DNA from: an uncultured candidate division Zixibacteria bacterium
Lineage (GTDB): Bacteria; Zixibacteria; MSB-5A5; GN15; FEB-12
Length of the DNA: 64,000 nucleotides
Direction of reading: 5' to 3'
NCBI GenBank assembly: GCA_963664195.1
Contig: OY760907.1
Span: forward strand, 3,424,001-3,488,000
Below are positions 19,997 through 30,807 of the stretch, in pieces (within the stretch, counting starts at the first letter, position 1; every line of letters starts with the position of its first letter). The notes under the pieces were generated by a model that was given only the letters and a program-made list of their open reading frames with translations, was not told the DNA's origin and searched no databases. Made by a program: the position numbers and the translations under genes.

Positions 19997-21367
19997 TCAA
20001 CTTTGGTCCGAGCCCGTCAGATCCTTCCGCGTCAAATGCACCTTGTCGAAACTCTCCGACGAAATGACGTAATACCAATCGGCGAACCTCGCGTTCAGCT
20101 TCGCAGACAGCTCACGTCCTGCGTTGACCTTGCGCTGCCACGCATCCAGAGCATCCTGCTTCTGCTTGTTCTCTCGATCTCCTTCGCTCCAGAGCGAGTC
20201 AGGTTTGCCGACGAACTCAGTCGATTTTGGTGCAGGTGGTTGCCTGAAATACCGCTCGTTGAATTCGGTCGTCACGAACAAGTATCGATTCTCTGTCTTC
20301 TCAGCGGCTCCCTTTGCTGGCTCGTCGTCGGTCAAACCGGCAGTGACGTCCATCCCGGAACCGTAGAGTACTTCTCCAAATCGAAGCGTGTACACGACGC
20401 CATCGTCTGTACTGACGCGAATCTCACCCTCGTTTGAAAGAAGGCGGCCATCGCGATGGAAATAGAAACCCTTCTGCGAGAGAGACATTCGATCCTGCTG
20501 AGAGAGGTTGCCCCCTTTGGGGTCACCGCTCAGATTGGCGGAAAGCCCCTCAGGTTTCGGACGAACTCCCACAATACTCAATCCCTCGAGGGCGGTTAAC
20601 AGACTCTGGACTTTCGCTGAGTCCGGTTTCCCTCCAGATCCCATACCATCGATAATCCACGAGTCATTCTTCTTCGCCAGCGTCGTCTTCTCACCGGCCA
20701 CCACCGAGGACGTCTGTTCGTTGATTGAGTAATTGTCGAGAACCACCCGTTCCATCTGATCTTTCTTGATGTCGAACAGCTTCGTCTCTATCCAATCCGC
20801 GAAATTGGTGGAAATGTCGATCTTCATGCGAGCGGCATACACCCGGTTCTGTCCGGGCACTCTCACGAACCTGAAACCCTCGCGTCCGGGTACGTTCTTG
20901 CCAATAATGAAGTCCGCCAGCACCTTGTCTCCGGCGGCTTTGAATGTGACGCGACTCCCACGTCCGGTGAGCCCCGGCACCGTAACATCCAGCGGATCGA
21001 TCACACCGCACGCCTCATGCTCGCTCACACTACTGGTGCGGATGTCGTCCTTCTTAATGTCGATCATACCGGCCGCCGTTTGCGCCAGCCGATCCTTTGC
21101 ATCGGCGGGATAATTGTGATGCGACGGGATCGTCCAGGCACTGCCGTTGAACGTAACCTTGAAAGGCCGAGCCTGACCGGAAGTCTCATCGAAAGTAACG
21201 ACTTCGAGCGTCGTCGCCTCATTGGGATCAGTGAACTCCGGGTAGAACGGCTCCCCTTGATCGAGAAACGCGTCCGGAGTGATGCGATCCGGGGCGAAGG
21301 CCCAGGCGATCAGCGCAAGTAAAACGGCGGCCCCTACGAAATATCCTGTTTTCTTTATCTCGCTCAT
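19997..21367 (-). CDS. DUF4340-like protein
   Basis: N-terminal TM, W.I..H.YPAD, IIGK...FVR.....VY motifs; last gene of a Gld-like ABC operon. Confidence 0.75.
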   Translation of the reverse strand: MSEIKKTGYFVGAAVLLALIAWAFAPDRITPDAFLDQGEPFYPEFTDPNEATTLEVVTFDETSGQARPFKVTFNGSAWTIPSHHNYPADAKDRLAQTAAGMIDIKKDDIRTSSVSEHEACGVIDPLDVTVPGLTGRGSRVTFKAAGDKVLADFIIGKNVPGREGFRFVRVPGQNRVYAARMKIDISTNFADWIETKLFDIKKDQMERVVLDNYSINEQTSSVVAGEKTTLAKKNDSWIIDGMGSGGKPDSAKVQSLLTALEGLSIVGVRPKPEGLSANLSGDPKGGNLSQQDRMSLSQKGFYFHRDGRLLSNEGEIRVSTDDGVVYTLRFGEVLYGSGMDVTAGLTDDEPAKGAAEKTENRYLFVTTEFNERYFRQPPAPKSTEFVGKPDSLWSEGDRENKQKQDALDAWQRKVNAGRELSAKLNARFADWYYVISSESFDKVHLTRKDLTGSDQS

Positions 21368-21369
21368 AC

Positions 21370-24045
21370 CTAACTCCTCAACCTCCGGGCAGCTGCCGCC
21401 CCTTCACGCTCCCGTTTGCGACGCTTGACAAACATAACGACACCAATCACGAACACCGGAATCGGAGGCAAGGTCACTGCCACCGTTTTGATGCGGCTTT
21501 GAATGCTGCGCACCTCGGCTTCCATGTTCGCGCGGCTCGCCTCGACCGTCGCCTGTTCCTGAGCCTCAATATTCGCCTTGACCACTTCAAACCGCCGACT
21601 CTCGACTTCCTGCAGATTTCTCATCATGATCTGCTTCGCCCGTTCGTCGAGATCTGTCCGGTTTTTCACCTCGGCTACTTTCTCGTCCAGCCTGCCCTGT
21701 GCCTCCGCCAGAGCAGCCTGAGCGTTGGCCTCGGCGTCCTTTTCTTCAGCCATACGACGTTCGACAAATTCGGCAGTCTGCGCTTCTACCGTCTCAAGCG
21801 TGCGATGCTTGACCCGTTTCTTACGAAGCTCCACAAACGAAGTATCACCTACGAGTAAATCCATGCAGTTCAGCACAAACGATACGTTATCGAAATTGAG
21901 GTTCCCCATACCGCGCTCACGCAGGACAAAAAACTGCTCAGAAATCATGTCAAGATCGGCAATAACAATCGCGTTGACGCTTTCAGTCGGTGCCGAGAGG
22001 TTTGTTGAATCCGCCGGCGTGACGGACCTGGTACCCTTTACCTGAGCCGCAACGATAAACGACTCGCCGCTGGACTGTCGACGGGGATTGCGATTGATTT
22101 GCAGCCCGAAGAAGCTCCGCTGCACGAGCTGATTCCAAGGCAGCATACCGCTGAGTCTTCCTGACCTCAGCAGCGTTTCAAAGGCAAACGGACTCTGCGC
22201 CGCCTTGAACAGATACCCCGGGTACAACGCAACGACCTCCTGCAGACCGGATGAAGCCGGATTCTCCTGGTTGAACACCTCCGCCGACTCGTTGGCAGCA
22301 TCCATGAATACTATTTCGGGCGGCATAGCGCTCAGATCCGGATGTGGGTTGTATGAATCCCAGATGACGTGCGAGGGATTAAACATGACCCCCATCGACT
22401 CGAGCAACGCAGAGATATTGCCTTTTGGTGGTTGCTGATTCTGCTGCTGCATGAACGGATTCTGCTGTCCGCCCGCCGGCACCAGCGGGGACAAACTCGG
22501 ATTGATGATCGGCAACGGGTCCACCAGCAGAAGGGTCGGGTTGCCAGCCATCACGTATTGCCTGAGATTGTCCATCTGCGGCTGCGTCAACGACGACGGC
22601 AGCACAACGAGAAGACCGTCGATATCTTCGGCAATCGGCTGATCGGCCGAAACATCGCGTATCTCATACTGCTTGCGTAGCTCGCGCACCACTCCCCAGG
22701 CAGGCGATGAGTTCATCGTCTGATAGTCGAACCCGCCGGAAATCTTCGCCTCGGTCGCCAGCACGCCGACAACCTTGCGCTCTGTTTTGGCCGCCACTCG
22801 AATCGAGCGGACCAGTTCATATTCAACCGGCAAACCACGATCAAAAAACGGTATCACCTCTTCAGCCGCACCACTCGTGAATGCCAGACCGAGGAAAACC
22901 TTCGCGGTGCTTGTGCGTGCGCTCTCGGAAGTAACGATTTCGCGGGGCATGATGCCGAATTTCTCACGTGCGTCGCGCGCTTCCTGACTGAACGGCTCCG
23001 TATCGTGAATCAGGACCTGAACCTTGTCGCCAGCCGCTGCCGAGATTTCCTCCAGCGAAGCGATGATATTTGCACGAGTCTCCACATACATACGCGGGAC
23101 TTCAGGACTGAGATACGCCTGTACCAGAACCGGTCGATCGGCATCAAGTTCGTCGATCAGCGTTTCGGTTTCGTCTGAAATCGAATGCAGGCGTTCGGCC
23201 GTAACGTCGAGACGTCCTCCTGCCCGGGCAAGAATCACGTTTGCACTTATGACCACAACAACGAGCGCTATTGCCCGCACAAACTGGTGTGTCCAGTATT
23301 TCTGCCCATCCGCCTCAAGCGGCCAGTGACGACGCCCCAGCAAGACGGTATTGAAATACAGCATCACGCCCGCTAGAGAGGCAAAATAGACTATGCCCGA
23401 AAAACTGACTAAGCCGTCGGCGAAATCCGAGAAATGCGCAAACACGCCGAGGGGCGCGAGAAACCCCTGAATGGAGCGGCTCAGCGTCCAGGTATTCGAA
23501 TCAACGAATACGAAGAACGAACAGAACACTGCTCCGAGTATGAACGCCACCGTTGCGTTGGCAGTTATCAGCGAAGCCACCATGCCGACCGAAAGCATCG
23601 CGGCACCGATCAGCCAATAGCCAACATAGTTGCCGAACATCAATCCGAGGTCCGGGCTGCCCAGCCAGAAGAGAACAACCACATGACTGAGCGAAAACAC
23701 AAGTGATGCCGTGTAAATCCCGAGCACTGAAAGATACTTGCCCAGAACGACCTCGGTATCGGTCACTGGCAAAGTCAGCAGCAACTCATCAGTCCCTTTT
23801 CTCCGCTCTTCCGCCCACACCCCCATTGTAAGCGCAGGGATAAAAAACAACAGGATGAGCGGGAACAAGTCATTGAGTTGATACAAACCGGCCAGGTTAT
23901 TCGCAAAAAAACGATCCTGCCAGAATGCAGCGGCCGCACTCAGGAACACAAACAGCGTAATAAACAGGTATCCGGTCGGACTGCTGAAGTAGGAGCCCAA
24001 GTCGCGTTTGGTAACAGCAAAAACGGCTTTCCAATTCAAGTTCAT
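21370..24045 (-). CDS. Fused GldF-like ABC permease and GldG-like auxiliary domain
   Basis: [70 protein letters not shown]. Confidence 0.88.
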   Translation of the reverse strand: MNLNWKAVFAVTKRDLGSYFSSPTGYLFITLFVFLSAAAAFWQDRFFANNLAGLYQLNDLFPLILLFFIPALTMGVWAEERRKGTDELLLTLPVTDTEVVLGKYLSVLGIYTASLVFSLSHVVVLFWLGSPDLGLMFGNYVGYWLIGAAMLSVGMVASLITANATVAFILGAVFCSFFVFVDSNTWTLSRSIQGFLAPLGVFAHFSDFADGLVSFSGIVYFASLAGVMLYFNTVLLGRRHWPLEADGQKYWTHQFVRAIALVVVVISANVILARAGGRLDVTAERLHSISDETETLIDELDADRPVLVQAYLSPEVPRMYVETRANIIASLEEISAAAGDKVQVLIHDTEPFSQEARDAREKFGIMPREIVTSESARTSTAKVFLGLAFTSGAAEEVIPFFDRGLPVEYELVRSIRVAAKTERKVVGVLATEAKISGGFDYQTMNSSPAWGVVRELRKQYEIRDVSADQPIAEDIDGLLVVLPSSLTQPQMDNLRQYVMAGNPTLLLVDPLPIINPSLSPLVPAGGQQNPFMQQQNQQPPKGNISALLESMGVMFNPSHVIWDSYNPHPDLSAMPPEIVFMDAANESAEVFNQENPASSGLQEVVALYPGYLFKAAQSPFAFETLLRSGRLSGMLPWNQLVQRSFFGLQINRNPRRQSSGESFIVAAQVKGTRSVTPADSTNLSAPTESVNAIVIADLDMISEQFFVLRERGMGNLNFDNVSFVLNCMDLLVGDTSFVELRKKRVKHRTLETVEAQTAEFVERRMAEEKDAEANAQAALAEAQGRLDEKVAEVKNRTDLDERAKQIMMRNLQEVESRRFEVVKANIEAQEQATVEASRANMEAEVRSIQSRIKTVAVTLPPIPVFVIGVVMFVKRRKREREGAAAARRLRS

Positions 24046-24815
24046 GACTGCACCTCCCCTGCGGGCCCGGCGCTCACACGACCGTAATTGGTCAGCTTGT
24101 AGAAGGTCTCATCAAGAGCGCTATCTTTGCTCAACTCCTCAGGAACACCGTCGAATACAAGGCTGCCCTCGTTGATAACAAGCACTCGTCCGGCAACTGC
24201 GGTGACCTCCTGCAAGATGTGCGTGGAAATGAGAATCGTCTTCGTCTCTCCCAATCGCTTGATATTGCTCCGGAAGTCTCGGATCTGGTTCGGATCCAGA
24301 CCGGATGTCGGTTCATCCATAATGAGAACTTCAGGGTCATGCAGAAGCGCCTGGGCCAATCCCACACGCTGACGATACCCGCGCGAGAGCTTGCCAATCG
24401 GCTTCTCCAGCACATTCTGAAGTGCACACTGGTCAGTGACAAAGTCGATCCGACTCTTGAGCCGACCTTCCGCCAGGCCACGTGCCTCGCCAAAAAAGCG
24501 GAGCAGGCTCAGAGGAGTCATATCGTCATAGAGAGGACCATTCTCTGGCAAGTATCCCAGCTTCTTCGAGGATTCGATCCGGTTGGTCCGGACATCAAGC
24601 CCGCCAATCGAGGCAGATCCTTCGCTGGGAGCGAGAAAACCGCTCAGGATTCGCATAGTGGTCGATTTCCCGGCGCCGTTGGGGCCAAGAAAGGCCACGA
24701 TTTGTCCTTTCGGTATCGAAAACGAAATATCCTTGATTGCCACAAAAGGGCCGTAGTACTTGCTCAAACCACGAGCCTCAATCATAGCCGCTTCTGAAGA
24801 TTCCGTCATAAGCAA
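24042..24815 (-). CDS. ABC transporter ATP-binding protein (GldA-like)
   Basis: Walker [10 protein letters not shown], signature LSRGYRQR, Walker B LIMDEP, H-loop STH. Confidence 0.93.
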   Translation of the reverse strand: MLMTESSEAAMIEARGLSKYYGPFVAIKDISFSIPKGQIVAFLGPNGAGKSTTMRILSGFLAPSEGSASIGGLDVRTNRIESSKKLGYLPENGPLYDDMTPLSLLRFFGEARGLAEGRLKSRIDFVTDQCALQNVLEKPIGKLSRGYRQRVGLAQALLHDPEVLIMDEPTSGLDPNQIRDFRSNIKRLGETKTILISTHILQEVTAVAGRVLVINEGSLVFDGVPEELSKDSALDETFYKLTNYGRVSAGPAGEVQS

Positions 24816-25082
24816 TCCTTCTGACTTCTGTTACAAACTTACATAATACGAGTGCGGATAGATTCCGGCAGATTTCTGAATTATCAGTTTTGGAAAATAA
24901 CCTCTCCCGTGTTTCCTGTCAACCCGCACACGAACGAATCACACAGAAACGCACGCATGCATCAGCGGAACTACATACTAATAAGATTATAAATACGAGA
25001 GGAACGGGAGTTCCAGAAAACCCGACCAAGCCGGAGCAATCAAACAACAGCGCAACCCGACATGTCTGAAGATCGGGACAGC

Positions 25083-25196
25083 CTACCTTGACTGCTCTTC
25101 AAGCTTCTTGACCTTCTTATCGAGTTTCATCAGGAATCCAAAGAGCCCCAACCAGACTATCAAAGTGACTGCCAACGCAACGTAGTTGCCATCCAT
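25083..25196 (-). CDS. ccmD: CcmD-family heme exporter protein (37 aa, absent from the ORF track)
   Basis: MDGNYVALAVTLIVWLGLFGFLMKLDKKVKKLEEQSR; single TM plus charged tail; ATG abuts the ccmC stop, with GGAGG RBS. Confidence 0.8.
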   Translation of the reverse strand: MDGNYVALAVTLIVWLGLFGFLMKLDKKVKKLEEQSR

Positions 25197-25871
25197 CTAA
25201 AAATCCTCCTCCCGTCGTGAGCGAATCAGACGCTGCGTCCGCAGAGCCAGGTTGAATATCCAGAGATACACCGTCGTGAAAACCACCAGCGACGCCGCGA
25301 ATATCGATCCCACCACCGCCGTCATCTGGAACCTGAGGTTCTCATCGACAATCGAATCTTCAGGATGCAGCGAGGGCATCATCCGGGGCACGACGAAAAT
25401 AAGAAACGGTACCGTCAGAAAAGCGAAGATCGAATACACTGCCGCCAGCGCAGCCCGTTTCTCTTCGACCTCAATAGCATTCCTCAGTGCAAAGTACGCG
25501 GCATAGATCAGCAACAGGACAAAAATCGAGGTCTCCCTCGGGTCCCAGTTCCAAAATGATCCCCAGGTGACTTTGGCGAAAATCGACCCGGTTACGGTCG
25601 CCAAAATACAGAAGACGAATCCCAACCCTGCGGCCGTCACTGCTTTGTCGTCCTCGGCCAGAGATCGCGTGCGAAGATACCGAATAGAGAACAACATCGA
25701 CATTGCAAACGCAATTACACATATCCAGGACTGAGGGATGTGATAGTAGAATATCCGACTGGATTCCCCTATCTGCTGCTGGGGGGCAACAGTCAGAAAA
25801 CTGGCCACAATGATGCCCGACATCGCCAGTCCTATCAGCATTTTCCACCACATACGCGCCCCGTTAATCAT
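25197..25871 (-). CDS. ccmC: Cytochrome c biogenesis heme delivery protein (CcmC/CcsA family)
   Basis: IFYYHIP, W-rich WGSFWNWDPRET, SLHP; ATG 25871 after GGAG. Confidence 0.85.
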   Translation of the reverse strand: MINGARMWWKMLIGLAMSGIIVASFLTVAPQQQIGESSRIFYYHIPQSWICVIAFAMSMLFSIRYLRTRSLAEDDKAVTAAGLGFVFCILATVTGSIFAKVTWGSFWNWDPRETSIFVLLLIYAAYFALRNAIEVEEKRAALAAVYSIFAFLTVPFLIFVVPRMMPSLHPEDSIVDENLRFQMTAVVGSIFAASLVVFTTVYLWIFNLALRTQRLIRSRREEDF

Positions 25872-26158
25872 GATTCTCCGACCAATCGGTATCCCCGGCC
25901 TGAAACACGCGCGAACACCTTTGTTCATCGCACAGGTCAAAAAGGTCACCGTGATGCCGAAAAGCAACTAAATTTGCCTGTTTGCCAACTTCACTATAAT
26001 GCTCCTGAAATCGGAATGTTCCTGCCCGACGTGTTCATTATTGGGTAATAGGTGCCGTCCTGCCATTGGCATATTGACGCCGGCCTCTGGGAACACTATC
26101 ATACCCGTAGAAACAGGAACTATTCTCAGCATGCGAGTGCGTGCTTCTGGAGTGTAAG

Positions 26159-27370
26159 ATGGACATAAAGACAATTGCAATCATCACGTCCGGTGGTGAC
26201 TGCGGAGGCCTGAACGCCGTGGTGAAGGGTGTTTCTCAGATGGCCACGCGCAAGGATATCAAGACCTACGTAGTCCCCAACGGCTATGCGGGCCTGTACA
26301 ATTTGGTTGACATGGACGTACTCGTTGAATTGAACCCCACCAGAGTTGACTCCTTCAGCATCGGCCTTGCCGGGTCAGAGGCGGGTCACTCGCGCGTGAA
26401 AGTCGGAAGAATCAACGACGAGCACAAGTTCGACCGCATCAAAGCCGGACTGGCGAAATTCGGCATCGACGGCCTCGTAATCAGCGGCGGCGACGACACC
26501 GGTTCGGTCGTTGCCGATCTCGCAGGCGAAGGCATCCGCTGCGTGCACTGCCCGAAAACGATGGACCTGGACCTCGTCCCCTACTCCGTGGGCGGCGATT
26601 CGACCATGAACCGCATCGGATTTATCACGCGCGAACTGAAGACCACCGGCCGCACTCACAACCGAATCATGATTATCGAGGTATTCGGACGCTACGCCGG
26701 TCACACCGCTTTCCGGGGAGGTGTCGCGGGTGAAGCCGACGCTATCCTGATACCGGAAATCCCGGTTGATTTTGAAGAGCTTTATCGCCACATGAAAAAG
26801 CTCTACACCAAACGCGTGATTGAATCCGATGTAAAAGCCGGAACGTACACAATCGTCGTCGCCGAGGGTCTCAAAGACGCCTCCGGCAGTGAAATCTACG
26901 ACGAAGAGGCTGGCGTAGACGCTTTCGGACACAAGAAGCTCGCGGGTGCCGGCAAATATGTTATGCAGCGTCTGAGGGCCATGCTCAGGTCCGATAGCGA
27001 GATCAAAGACTTCATGAAACGCCAGGGTATGTTCATCGAAGGGCTTTACGAAGTCCCCGAGATACGGACGATCATCCCCAGCCATCTGGTGCGCGTGGGG
27101 ACGACCTCGGCAATGGACGCCAACTGGGGCATGGAAATGGGCGCCAGTGCGGTCATGATGCTCCTGAGAGGGCTGACAGGCGTCACGTTCGCAAGCTATC
27201 AGAACAACACGGTTAGCTACATGGACATCAAAGAAGCGATCACGCAGCGTCACGTTGATTTGCCGGAGATCGCGTTGTTTGAGCAACTGGGCATCTGTTT
27301 TGGTCGAGTCCGCGAGGAATTCGAACCCAAGTGCGAGTTGGTCACGGGCATGATCGACCGGGCTTACTAG
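26159..27370 (+). CDS. pfkA: Phosphofructokinase, PPi-dependent signature
   Basis: TSGGDCGGLNA, GGDDT (Asp), PKTMD (Lys), EVFGRYAG. Confidence 0.88.
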   Translation: MDIKTIAIITSGGDCGGLNAVVKGVSQMATRKDIKTYVVPNGYAGLYNLVDMDVLVELNPTRVDSFSIGLAGSEAGHSRVKVGRINDEHKFDRIKAGLAKFGIDGLVISGGDDTGSVVADLAGEGIRCVHCPKTMDLDLVPYSVGGDSTMNRIGFITRELKTTGRTHNRIMIIEVFGRYAGHTAFRGGVAGEADAILIPEIPVDFEELYRHMKKLYTKRVIESDVKAGTYTIVVAEGLKDASGSEIYDEEAGVDAFGHKKLAGAGKYVMQRLRAMLRSDSEIKDFMKRQGMFIEGLYEVPEIRTIIPSHLVRVGTTSAMDANWGMEMGASAVMMLLRGLTGVTFASYQNNTVSYMDIKEAITQRHVDLPEIALFEQLGICFGRVREEFEPKCELVTGMIDRAY

Positions 27371-27418
27371 GCGGCAGCCGAAGGCGTCCTTCCCGATATG
27401 CTTTGGACAGAACAAAGC

Positions 27419-28736
27419 GGGCATGTAAGTATTTTTGTGTAAGCGGCCATGATGTATATTGGATTGAAGGAGGATACGCATGGCCAAGAAGCTCGACAAT
27501 GCAGACAAGCTTATCGATGAAATGATCGCCGGGAAGACGCCCGAGGAGATAGTCGGCGAGGGCGGTCTTCTCGAAGCGCTTACGAAACGCGTCTACGAAC
27601 GCGCCCTCGAAGGCGAGATGACGCACCATCTGGGCTACCCCCCCAAAGCCCCCGAGGGCCGCAACAGCGGCAACTCCCGCAACGGCAAGACCACCAAGAC
27701 AGTTAAGACCGGGGCCGAGGATGTGAACTTAGCGATTCCCCGGGACCGCAACGGCCAGTTCGAGCCACAGCTGGTCAAAAAGCATCAGCGTCGCCTGCCG
27801 GGTTTCGACGACAAGGTACTGGCGCTGTATGCTCGTGGGCTTTCGACCCGTGATATCCAGGGTCATCTTGAGGAGATGTACGGATCGGCCGTGTCGCCGG
27901 CGTTGATATCGGCGGTGACGGACGCAGTTTTGGAGGAGGTGACGGCGTGGCAGAACCGTCCGTTGGAGCCGGTGTATCCGATCGTGTACCTTGATGCCAT
28001 CCACCTGAAGATGCGTCACAGCGGGCAGATCAAGAACCAGGCAGTGTATCTGGCTCTGGGGATCAACCGTGAGGGCGGCAAGGAGTTACTGGGGTTGTGG
28101 GTCGGCGAGCACGAGGGGGCCAAGTTCTGGTTGAACGTGCTGACCCAGTTGAAGAACCGTGGGGTGCAGGACATCCTGATTGCCTGTGTGGACGGTCTGA
28201 GCGGTTTCCCCGACGCGATCGAGGCGGCCTATCCGAAGGCGCAGGTGCAGTTGTGCATCGTGCACATGGTGCGCAACTCGCTGAAGTATGTCTCCTGGAA
28301 ACAGCGCAAGGCGGTGGCCGCCGATCTCAAGAGTGTTTATTCGGCGCCCAACGTGGAGGCCGCCGAGGAGGCCCTGGCCGCGCTTGAGGCCCGGTATGAG
28401 GACAGCTTCCCGCAAATCGCGCGCTCGTGGCGATCCTGCTGGGTGAACATCATTCCGTTTTTTGACTATCCGCCGGCGATTCGGAAAGTTATCTATACGA
28501 CTAATGCGATTGAATCGATGAACGCTCAGCTGCGGAAAGTTACGAGAAATCGCGGCTCGTTTCCGACCGCCGACTCGGTGAGGAAGGTGCTGTATTTGGC
28601 GATACAGAGAATCTCGATGAAGTGGAAACGACCGATCAAAGACTGGGTGGCGGCACTCAACCACTTCAGCATCATGTTTGAGGGAAGAATCTGACAACCG
28701 TGAAAAGGCTGCTTACACAAAATTCTGTACAGACCC
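27419..28736 (+). mobile_element. IS256-family insertion sequence, 1318 bp, with 8-bp target-site duplication
   Basis: IRL GGGCATGTAAGTATTTTTGTGTAAGCGGCC vs reverse-complemented IRR GGGTCTGTACAGAATTTTGTGTAAGCAGCC; AACAAAGC duplicated at 27411-27418 and 28737-28744. Confidence 0.95.
27480..28694 (+). CDS. IS256-family DDE transposase
   Basis: RNGKT, IPRDRNG.FEP, YLDA, VDGL.GF, QLCIVH, YTTNAIES. Confidence 0.96.
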   Translation: MAKKLDNADKLIDEMIAGKTPEEIVGEGGLLEALTKRVYERALEGEMTHHLGYPPKAPEGRNSGNSRNGKTTKTVKTGAEDVNLAIPRDRNGQFEPQLVKKHQRRLPGFDDKVLALYARGLSTRDIQGHLEEMYGSAVSPALISAVTDAVLEEVTAWQNRPLEPVYPIVYLDAIHLKMRHSGQIKNQAVYLALGINREGGKELLGLWVGEHEGAKFWLNVLTQLKNRGVQDILIACVDGLSGFPDAIEAAYPKAQVQLCIVHMVRNSLKYVSWKQRKAVAADLKSVYSAPNVEAAEEALAALEARYEDSFPQIARSWRSCWVNIIPFFDYPPAIRKVIYTTNAIESMNAQLRKVTRNRGSFPTADSVRKVLYLAIQRISMKWKRPIKDWVAALNHFSIMFEGRI

Positions 28737-28741
28737 AACAA

Positions 28742-28770
28742 AGCCCCTGGCCTTGATAAGGCCGGGGCTT
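28742..28770. terminator. Bidirectional terminator (pfk / ancestral tRNA-Thr)
   Basis: AGCCCCtGGCCTT-gat-AAGGCCGGGGCT hairpin. Confidence 0.7.
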
Positions 28771-28779
28771 GTAATATCT

Positions 28780-28827
28780 AAGAGCCACCGAGCAGGATCG
28801 AACTGCTGACCTATTGATTACGAATCA
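28780..28827 (-). repeat. att site: 48-bp direct repeat of the tRNA-Thr 3' portion
   Basis: Identical to 32666-32713 (AAGAGCCACC...GATTACGAATCA). Confidence 0.95.
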
Positions 28828-28936
28828 TACTTAAGTGGCGGTCATGCCAATGACATACGTCTTTCGCAGCCATCTACTTTGACATAGCCCGATTCCCGCC
28901 GCTGGATTTGAAACAGCGCCCCGCCGACTAACAATC

Positions 28937-29800
28937 TCAATCCGACCCGCGCAAGAATGCTTCGTGGGCGTCCGACATTTGATTAAGCCAATCGATGATT
29001 GTCCGTAGTCTGTCCGACATCACGGTACTACTGGCAACACTATCTGAATATGCTATCGCTGCCTTGGCTACAAGCAGTGGAAAACCACTCATGAGTTGGG
29101 GTCTTGGCATAGCGAAGTTCAGATTCGGTGTCCAAGATTCGCCATCTCTCTCAAGATGGTACTTGATTAGTTCGGACCAACTGCCATGAGTGACTGAACT
29201 TAAGTTCTTGTATATGTGCTCGTATAGGACTTCAATCCCACAATCCCGTGCCCGTTCTCGTGCGTTGTGTTCCCTCCGCCACTGACTGGATTCAACATCA
29301 GAAAGGGACAATCCCGCGTCGCGAAAATCATCCATTATCGATGATTTCATCCTTTCCCGAATCACTGTGTCGCCCACCCCATCTTCCTCGTCCTTGATGA
29401 GTCCTTCGAAGGCCTTCTTCTTCTGTGCTAATGACGTCGTAATAAACTCGTCGAGCCTCGCAGTGCTCCTTGCTTGGCAAAAATACAGAAGATCGATTGC
29501 CGTATCACAGGCAGACCTTGCGACTATCATTGACACTTCCATGCGATGATCGCAGATCAGCAGAAGGAAAGTGTCGAACAGTTTGTAGAGACGGACCATC
29601 AAACCCACGAGTACGGCAAAGTGCTTGGGCTCCATCTCTACTACTGTAGGCACTAGTGTCGAGCACATAGCAACAGATGTGCGAAGCTCGTTTCCACCCA
29701 CAACTAGATCATCCCAGAACTCACTCTCGGTTTCCCGGTTTCGGTCAAGCCGTGGCAGCTGGAGTGGTCGTGGAGTCACGTGCATTCCGTCAGCGCTCAT
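28937..29800 (-). CDS. Hypothetical protein, DUF5677-like
   Basis: Helical protein with ARS..D.AIDL.Y and YKNLSSVTHGSW motifs; overlaps the upstream gene by ATGA. Confidence 0.6.
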   Translation of the reverse strand: MSADGMHVTPRPLQLPRLDRNRETESEFWDDLVVGGNELRTSVAMCSTLVPTVVEMEPKHFAVLVGLMVRLYKLFDTFLLLICDHRMEVSMIVARSACDTAIDLLYFCQARSTARLDEFITTSLAQKKKAFEGLIKDEEDGVGDTVIRERMKSSIMDDFRDAGLSLSDVESSQWRREHNARERARDCGIEVLYEHIYKNLSSVTHGSWSELIKYHLERDGESWTPNLNFAMPRPQLMSGFPLLVAKAAIAYSDSVASSTVMSDRLRTIIDWLNQMSDAHEAFLRGSD

Positions 29801-30726
29801 TCGGTGGGCTCGGAGTTGTCGGGTGGCCCGTCTGGTTCATCCGACGGGAAGAGATCTTCTTGCGTCTTCTGTAGATCGAACACCTCCAACTGACTAGGCC
29901 GGAGATTCTCGTCCAACGACACCTTGCACCGAATCTTGACGGGGCCCTTATGTGAAAACAGGCGATAGAGTTTCTCGGGGGCATCGCCGACATAGCGAAA
30001 GAACACTCTGTTATTGTCTGGCAAATAGACCCATCCACTTTTGGTTGATTTGGTTACCGAGTTGATTTTCACGACAAGCTCGGTCTCTTCGGTCGTTGCG
30101 GCGATTTCGTTCTCCGCATCGAAGAATTGGCGCTCATCGGCCGAAACCGTCTCCGCTGACTGCTCCTCCCCATCAGAGGTAACAGAGAGCTTCGCCGAAT
30201 CGATACGGCCGTCTTCAAGTGGGCGCATCATGCGACTAAGGTCTGAATCGAGACGACCGCTCACAAACCAATCGTAGGCCTCGCGTTGGAGTGTGATTTC
30301 TACTTTCTGGCAGTTGCTCATTACAATGCCATTGTTCGAACCAACCTTCACTTGACACGGCTTGTTTCTGGCGTGTCGCTTAGCCCTGATTACCTCCAGC
30401 AGCTTATCCACGACCCACGAGGCTCCGCTCACGCAGGTTCCGAGGTCCACACCTGCCGCTTGCACGCTCGCCAAGGCCTCACCATTCTCGCTCAGCTGCC
30501 TGACCACCTCTAACACGATATCCGCTGAGCCAGAACGGACTCCAGTTATGCGGATATTGTGGTTTGCGTCTGGGTCTCCGGTTGAAGCAATCTTGGCATA
30601 TGCCCCAGAGAATCCTTGCAGCACCGGTATAATGTCCTCAACCGACATAGAGCCGTCATCGACATCCGGTCCGGCAAATCTCAAATGGACTTCCACCTGC
30701 TCCTTGATAGTCTGTTGCTTAGTCAT
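29797..30726 (-). CDS. Hypothetical protein
   Basis: 309-aa ORF with GGGGAG RBS; N-terminal LRFAGPDVDDGSM...GSA motif. Confidence 0.75.
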   Translation of the reverse strand: MTKQQTIKEQVEVHLRFAGPDVDDGSMSVEDIIPVLQGFSGAYAKIASTGDPDANHNIRITGVRSGSADIVLEVVRQLSENGEALASVQAAGVDLGTCVSGASWVVDKLLEVIRAKRHARNKPCQVKVGSNNGIVMSNCQKVEITLQREAYDWFVSGRLDSDLSRMMRPLEDGRIDSAKLSVTSDGEEQSAETVSADERQFFDAENEIAATTEETELVVKINSVTKSTKSGWVYLPDNNRVFFRYVGDAPEKLYRLFSHKGPVKIRCKVSLDENLRPSQLEVFDLQKTQEDLFPSDEPDGPPDNSEPTE

Positions 30727-30807
30727 AGTCTCCCCACTTGATAAAGTCTGTACCCATCATACCACATTGTTGAATAGATGGCAATAACTTGATACAAGAA
30801 ACCGACC

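Noticed and set aside
28780..28827. Second tRNA-Thr gene
   Set aside because: It lacks the D-arm and 5' acceptor strand; it is an att-site fragment.
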